Shown in pieces: positions 56,956 to 64,000 of a DNA stretch of 64,000 nucleotides; position 1 is the stretch's first letter; each line of letters starts with the position of its first letter. The position numbers were made by a program, and so were the translations under genes. Under the pieces are notes generated by a model that worked only from the letters and a program-made list of their open reading frames with translations, did not search any database and had not been told where the DNA came from. The DNA lies in the NCBI RefSeq assembly GCF_009914755.1, contig NC_060943.1. One strand, 5' to 3'. The stretch comes from the human T2T-CHM13v2.0 reference genome, Homo sapiens.

Positions 56956-57036
56956 CACACACACATGCACATGCAGATGCATGCACACGTGCGTACACGC
57001 ACGCACACACACATACACATACACACTCACACATAT
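56956..57036. repeat. Imperfect alternating purine-pyrimidine (CA/CG/TA) tract
   Basis: cacacacatgcacatgc...cacgtgcgtacacgcacgcacacac... Confidence 0.85.
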
Positions 57037-59810
57037 TTCTTGCAGCAGGCAAGAAATAAGGGAGACTTGAATGAAGTGCAGCAGGGGGCCTGGGAGAGAT
57101 GCCTGCAGGAAATTGCTCAGAGAAGAATGCATGGGATTCAGCAACCCAGAAAGCTGCAGGTAGAGATTGAGGGAAGGCTGTCAGAGGGAGAATTGACTTT
57201 TGTTTAATAACAGCACATCCCTACAGAGCTGTTCTTCCTGTGTCATGTTTAGACATCTAGTTTGCCCTTTGTGTGGCTATCTGACCCACAAGCATCTCCA
57301 TGTTTGGAGCTAGATGAAATGTCAGCGCTGGAAACATTGCTCTGAGAATTTTCTGCATAAGAATTATATTTGAAATTGTATATATAGATGTAATCAGCAA
57401 GAAAGAGGGTATAGAGGAGAGGGGGATAAAAGCAATGAATGATGCCAGCAGCAGAAACAGAGACTGAGTCTGGGAATCTCCTACTGAGTACCTTTCCAAT
57501 AAACTCCTTTCTGCTTGTTAACGAAGGCAAAGCGGTTTGAAAGGAGAGGACCAGAGTAGCGGTGGAGACCTCAAAGCAGAAATCGCTAATAACCACTGCC
57601 TTTAGGAGAGCCAAACCCTCACCATTTTTATTCTTCAGTCATTCTGCTCAGGAACAAGCTTTCAGGGAGTTTGGCTGGGTGGCTGCAGTGATCCACAGAC
57701 ATGTCACTCGAAGTGCTTCCTTGGATCACAGGGAAGTGGCCAATGATTGTCCCATTTTACACAAGAAAATTAAATGGTCAGACCCAGATGACTTGGCAAG
57801 ACCAGGGCTAACAAATCTGGGTCCCAGGTTCCACTGCTGAGAAGCAGGTCAAGGGCAGTGCGTGCTTCCTGGCCTGGGCCCTTGGGACACTGCCATAGGC
57901 TGCAGAATGGTTTTGTGTTACAGGGCTGGAAGTGCTATGATTTTTTTCTAAAAAAACAACATTACATAACTTCGCATGCTGTGAAAACATTCATTTATTT
58001 TACATCTTCATTTCACATTGTTGCAATTTAATTTTATTGTTACTGATATCCTTCTATACATTAATCTAATACTTCATTTGGTCCAAGAAGTCAGACACTG
58101 TGAATTATGCCCATCACCCAAAATTTTATCCAATTTAACAACCTTGATATGATTTAGAATATCTTTAAGATAATAATAATAAGAGATAAAAATGTTTGGA
58201 AAAACCCCAAGAAAAAAGATGCCAGGGTATGTTTGATAGCCTAAGTTTGCATCACCTATCTACCTCTTGGCCAGAAGAGAAAAGAAAACCTTCAGTGACC
58301 ATCCTCCCAACACCGTATCCAATGAGAGAGGAAAGATATTTCCTCTTAGTAAAGTCAGGGTGCTTTACCACGTGACCTTAACCACTCATACAGAGACAGC
58401 TACACTGATTTTGGGGCCAGGGTATTATGTGTGAGCTTACCTGTGACTACTTATTCAAGAAAGCATTCTCAGCAGAACCCAGACTGCCTTCTCCTTCCCA
58501 TCTTCTCAAATCCACATAGAGACAAGGGAAGGTCAAGTGTAGAGCAAACGCTTAGGGGATGTGTTGGGTGGGGCCATGCTCAAAGTTCAGTGCAACGCAC
58601 AAAGAACTCATTAGTGATTGCCAAGTGAACAAGCAACAACCAACCATGAACTCAAAATACTCTTGGAAAGCTTAAAAATATACCCCCCTTGGGGATGAGG
58701 GATTCCAAAAACTCTTGGGAGGCAGGAATCCTGCTGGCACCCCCAATGCGCTACAGCCATGGCCCACTGTAATAAAAGATGGTCCCTACCGTGCATCTGC
58801 ACTGCCTAAAAGCACCTGGGAGAGGAACTTTCCACCTTTGACAAAAGTAGGTAGGCTTAATGAGTTAATGTTTTCAAATGTTTTCTGAGCTCTTTGATGG
58901 GAGCAGCTGTGCCACTACAAAGCAGCCTTTCATCTCCAGGACAGAAATAGTCTCTCTCTTTCTACCCCCTCTATCCAGCTAAGCCTAACCAACCTCAGCA
59001 AAGCCACCCTCTCCAAGACAAAAGGAAAGGGAACAGCTCACGCAGAATGTAGGCTCTGATCCTGTCTTCCTTTGCCTAATGCACCCTGGCTAATTTTTCC
59101 CTAATGGTATCATCAGTGGCACATGCGGCCCTGCTGCAATGCTCTGTGCCATCTGAACAACAGGAGAAACCCTTCTGCTGGAAAGTGAATGCAAACAGAT
59201 TCTAATCAATAGGAAGAGCTCAATTAGAGCAAGTTCAGCACACTTCAAAGGTGTTGCTACTTTCTCGCTGGCTTATCCCACACAGCCCTTTTGAGGGGCT
59301 CGACCTTGGGAGCTGGCTGGCAACAAGAGCTGCTCCAGACAACTCTGTAACTGGACCAGCAAACTTCCCACCATACTGGATGTCTTCTACAAGCCAGAAG
59401 AGGGGGAAAACTCCTTATTTCAGTTCAGAGCCACATTTCTCCTCCTGCACACCCCAGCACCTCCCTCAGGACACTGAGGGCAACTTAGTGAAGACCTGTG
59501 CCTTGGCCACTGGTCTGAAAGGCCCTGGGTATAGCAGTGCACAGATCATCACAACCACCTGCAGAAAGTCAGCTGCTTCTTCAATCTGCAAGGAAAAGAC
59601 TCCTTCCCAAGAGACCTCTGGTAATGAGGTGTTAAGAGTATAAGAGCTGGGGAAGTGAGGCAGAACAGGAAACATGGCCCAAATGCCAGGCACTGTTTTC
59701 TGGGTTCAGATCTTGGCACTAACTACCTATCAGCTGTGGAATCTTGCAAAGGTTACTTAACAATCCTGCAGCTAGGTGCTATTGTCATCTCTGGTTTATA
59801 AAGGAAACAA

Positions 59811-60060
59811 AGGCCGAGGTGGGCGGATCACTTGAGGTCAGGAGTATAAGACCTGGCCAACAGAGTGAAACTCCATCTCTACTAAGAATACAAAAAAATC
59901 AGCTGGGTGTATTGCTGCACACCTGTAATCCTAGGTACTCGGGAGGCTGAGGTGGGAGGATTGCATGAACTCAGGAGGCAGAAATTACAGTGAGCCGAGA
60001 TCATAACACTGCACTCCAGCCCAGGTGACAGCGAGAAGACTGTCTTCAAAAAAAAAAAAA
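59811..60060 (+). mobile_element. 5'-truncated AluS
   Basis: aggccgaggtgggcggatcacttgaggtcagg ... A13 tail. Confidence 0.9.
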
Positions 60061-60397
60061 GGACAAAAATCCTCTCAATATCTCAAAGCCTTAGGAAGAA
60101 AGAAAACTATTTAGCACAGTGCCAGGTGTACAGTAAGTGTTTGATAAATGCTGGCTAATGATATGCCTTCTGCTGCTGTTAGTAATACCGATGTGTTGGA
60201 AAATGTTGAGAGGAACTCTGAAAAAGAGCTAGCGGCCAGAATTTTCAGGAAAAGCTGCCTACATCCTCCTCTTTGAGTTTCATAAGGCACATTTCTGTGG
60301 TACTTTCTCAGGACTTTTATTGTGTTGAAGACAAGTTTGAGAAACACTGACTTAAATAAATTTATATATTTTTGCTACAAAGAATATCTGCAGATAG

Positions 60398-62165
60398 ATC
60401 AAGATGGCCAACTAGAGGAATCTACCACTCATCTCCTTCACAAAAATGACAAAAACAACATAAATAACTGCATTTTGAGTAGAGTACCTAAAGGAAAACA
60501 CTGGAAGTGACAAAAACCCTCTGAAGCACGAAAATCTGGAAAGCCAGCATAGGGAGGGAAGCGAAACACCTGACCAGGATCTGCTCAGGGCCAAGGGAAA
60601 GGTAAGCAGGGGATCCCCCATGGTCTCCATAGTTACTGAGGCTGCCTGCAATCCCAGCTACAGGCTAGCCCCGCAGTCCCCATAGGCCCTGAGCCCAGTG
60701 GAGGAAACTACCTGGAGTCCACAAGGTCACATTGCTCCAGAGAAGGGACACATGTTCTCCACAGTGGGACGGAGCCACTGGGGGAGCGTATTCTGCCCTG
60801 GAGGCCATTAGCCCCTATATATACATCTCCATGTCGCTGGGTCCCTGCCGTCATTCCACTGTGCCCACAAAAAAGGCTGAGTGCTGTGATCCCAGCTAGA
60901 CTTGACGGTGCAGTCATCATCCCTGCCCCCGAGCCCATGCAGTGCTCTACAATCCAGGGAGCAGGCATAGCACAGAGGGGAGGATGCCCCAGAACTAGGG
61001 GAGCCAGTGTACATGCTGAGCAGAGACCTAGAGCTGACCACCTCACATCTGCCGCCACCAACAACCCCTCCAGGGGCGGAGGTGCTGCACATGTGTGCAC
61101 ATCCTCCGGGAACTAAAGTGCAGCCAGTCCAGTGATTGCCATCACAGAAAGCCATACCTCCTCCAGAGGTGGAGCTGTGCATGCCATGTGTCCACAAGGA
61201 GCGGCCCACCTGGTGCCCACCAATGCGAGTAACCCCACCCACTCCAGGGCCAGAGCCACCAAATGCCATGCACATCCCCCAGAAACTAAGGAGTGACCTG
61301 TTCAGCAGTGCCAGCAGCCCCACCCCCAAAACCAGTGGAGCCACTGTGCCAGGCACATCCCCCCAGGGCCTGAGAACCACCTTGTCCTGCAACCCCCCTC
61401 AATCACAAACAATGCTGCACCACTGCCTTTACAAACACCCGCAATTTAAGATTCTGAGGAAATCTCAGACACTGCTGGCATTAATTACAGTCAAAGAAAT
61501 CAGACAGGGACTACACTATGATGCCCATCTAGAACAAAAGCCAAAGCACCCTACCCAACAGACACCATAGGAAACATCTATAGGAAAAGGTATTTCTCCA
61601 CAAAAGTAACTCCATATATTTGGAAGGCAAGACTATACTCCACCAGATGTGCAGATATCAACGTAGGAATGAAAGAAACATGAAAAAACAAGTAAACATA
61701 ACACATCCAAAGAGCACAACTCTCCAGTAACAGACCCCATAGAAAAAGAAACCTATAAAATGCCTGAAAAGGGATTAAAATAATATCAAGGAAACTCAGT
61801 GAGATATAAGAGAACACAAAATCAGAAAAACAATTTACAATCCAAATAAAACATTCAACAAAAAGATATAAAACAGAACCAAGCAGAAATCCTGGAGCTA
61901 AATAACTAAATGAATGAGATAATCAAGAGCTTCAAAAATAGACTGAGCAAAAGAAAAAAAATTTCTGAACTTGAAGACGAGTATTCTGAAATAACCTAGT
62001 CAGACCAAAGAATAAAAAGGGTGGGAAGGGAATTAAAAGAATGAAGACAGTGAAGAAAGCCTACATGACATATGGGACACCATCAACTGAATAAATATTC
62101 AAAATTTAGGAGTTCCAGAAGTAAAAGAGATTTTAAAAAGCTATTCAATAAAATAATAGCTAAAC
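60398..62165 (+). mobile_element. Old L1 (L1M) 5' UTR plus ORF1 remnant
   Basis: caagatggcc start; GC-rich UTR; ORF1-like gaacttgaagac...tgaaataacc, tatgggacaccatcaa. Confidence 0.75.
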
Positions 62166-62174
62166 TTTTTTTTT

Positions 62175-64000
62175 GTTCCCGCAAGATGGTAGATTGGAGG
62201 CTTTTAACACGCCTCAGCCACTTGGAAATAGCAAAATAGTGAGTAAAGATCAACTCTGAAGAGTTTTAATTCAAGAAGGAAAATGTGAATTCACCAGAAT
62301 AGTGAAGGATACCCCAAATCCCATTGAGAAAAAGGTAGGCAAGCAGCCCTTGTGATAGTGTTTGGCTGATAAACATGAGTGAAGCCCCTGTACATAAAAA
62401 GGGCAAAGAGTTTTCCTCTATGACTCACCTTTCCACTTGGGATCTGTGCAACCCATGCCAAGAAAGGGGACCCTGATTCTCCCAAACCCTGGAACTACCA
62501 GGAGGAGAGGCTGGGAGACACTGAGAGGGAAAGATATTGGAAAATGCTGCATGCATTTTCCCAACCTTGGACCACGGGGAAGATGTCATTTTTAATCCAC
62601 ACTAATACAAAGTCAGTCATTGTTTGGTGACCTAACAATGCAGCCACGCAGGCATTTTAGTCTCAGACTAGAGACTGGAGCACTTGCTTTGGAGTGGAGT
62701 AGAAGCCTCCCAGCTGCAATGGAGCAGCTAGTGTGGAAAATGCCCCAGCAGTAGGCACTGGAATTGGGCAATCTCCCACCACAGGACTAGAGTGGGAAGA
62801 GGGTTGCTGAAACTGTGGTTTCCTCTGAGAGGTGAGACTTGCAGCCAAGAGCAGCTTTGTGACCTGGAACTGGTCTGTGTGTCATTGCTTGGAGTCCCAG
62901 CATTCTCCCCCGAGACCATGGTGTAGCAGGGCCCTCTATGCTCTATGCCCAGGCAGATATCCAGGCATTTGAAGCACCCACTTCCCTACATTAGCAGCCT
63001 AAGCTGCCTCACGCTTGCTAAGCAGAGAATTTGGTACAGTGGGGCTCTGCTTCACACCCAGGCAGATTTCCAGGCTTAAGGAGTACCCATCTGCCTGGAT
63101 TAGCAGTCTGAGCTACTTCATCCTTTCTATGCAGAGACCATGGTGGAGCAGGGTCAACTCCACTCCTTGCCCAGGTAGATCTCCAGGCATATGGAGCATC
63201 CACTTGGCTGGATCAGCAGCCTGAGCCACCTCAACCTTCTTCTGCAGAGACCATGGTGCAGCAAGGCTGTCTCTGCTCCACAGTCAGAGATCTCCAGGCA
63301 CTCAGAGAACCCACTCACCTGATTTGCTTCTTGAGCTGCCTACCCCAGTTTCCTACAAAGACCTTATTGCACAACCAATTACTCCACTCCTCACCAGTAG
63401 ATATATTTCCAGGCAATCAAATACCCACTCACCTAGATTAGTAGCCTGAGCTGTCTCTCCCTCCCACTGCAAAGACCTTGTTGCAGCGACAGTTTTTCCA
63501 GGGCGAACTCCCAAGTATGCAGCATGCTTGCTCCCCTGGATAAGAGCCTGAGCCACCCCTCTCTTCCCATGCTGAGATCTTGGCGCAGCAGCACATTCTC
63601 TTCCCCATGACGGGACATATCACCAGGCCTTCAGTGCACCTGCCCCCCGGAATAGAAGTATGAACTGTTATACTCTTACCACACAAAGAACTTAGTACAG
63701 CATCACTCCCTTCACTTCACATTCAGATATAACTCCAGGCATTTGTCACACCTGCTCCCATGGATAAGGAGTTTCAGCCACCCTTTGTCTCATGTAAAGA
63801 CTTTGTAGTGGCAGCAGTCTCTCTGCTCCTTCCCCAGGCATATCATCTCACACGGGGCATACCTGCTCTTCCAGAGTAGGAGCTTGACCCACTCCTCCCA
63901 TCCCCTGCAAAGACCTTGTTTGAACAGCAGTTTCTCCACTCCCTCCCAGAGCATGTGGCACATCTGCCTGCCTTAATGAGAAGCCTGAGCTGCCCTTCCC
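62175..64000 (+). mobile_element. Second old L1 5' UTR (L1PB/L1M-type) inserted into the previous L1's ORF1; runs off the window
   Basis: gcaagatggtagattggagg start; GC-rich UTR containing a ~111-bp tandem array. Confidence 0.7.
62912..64000 (+). repeat. Diverged ~111-bp tandem array, at least 10 units
   Basis: Recurring a(a/g)agacc(a/t)tggtgcagc...tccaggca...cctggattagcagcctgagc; unit starts near 62912, 63024, 63133, 63246, 63357, 63471, 63573, 63685, 63796, 63908. Confidence 0.8.

Noticed and set aside
62912-64000. Regularly spaced repeats as a CRISPR-like array
   Set aside because: Whole units are homologous with no unique spacers, the context is a eukaryotic L1 5' UTR, and there are no cas-like ORFs

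Overview
This is primate, almost certainly human, genomic DNA dominated by transposable elements; an AluYa5 carrying all five diagnostic bases supports human origin. I recognise no host protein-coding gene, RNA gene or CpG island. The main feature is a full-length, defective HERV-E-family gammaretrovirus-like provirus at 12387-21221 (+). It has two LTR2-type LTRs, a GAAC target-site duplication (TSD), a tRNA-Glu primer-binding site (PBS) and gag-pro-pol-env. Gag is open for 305 codons and the protease frame is open. The RT YxDD motif is deleted, there is a template-switch hairpin in RT, a (CA)22 run lies inside env, and the 3' LTR has an extra 53-bp U3 repeat. A second block (~28.8-41.9 kb) is an old L1MA split by six later insertions: a 5'-inverted (twin-primed) L1PA, three Alus including the AluYa5, a solo LTR, and an internally deleted L1 that itself carries a MER85 piggyBac MITE. 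The window ends in two nested old L1 5' ends, the inner one with a ~111-bp x10 tandem array. The repeat-poor stretches (2.2-7 kb, 42-51 kb, 54.8-59.7 kb) hold local tandem duplications, candidate enhancers and weak candidate exons. I found no convincing new biological system. The findings are locus-specific rearrangements and regulatory hypotheses, and subfamily names are from recall and need RepeatMasker/Dfam confirmation.
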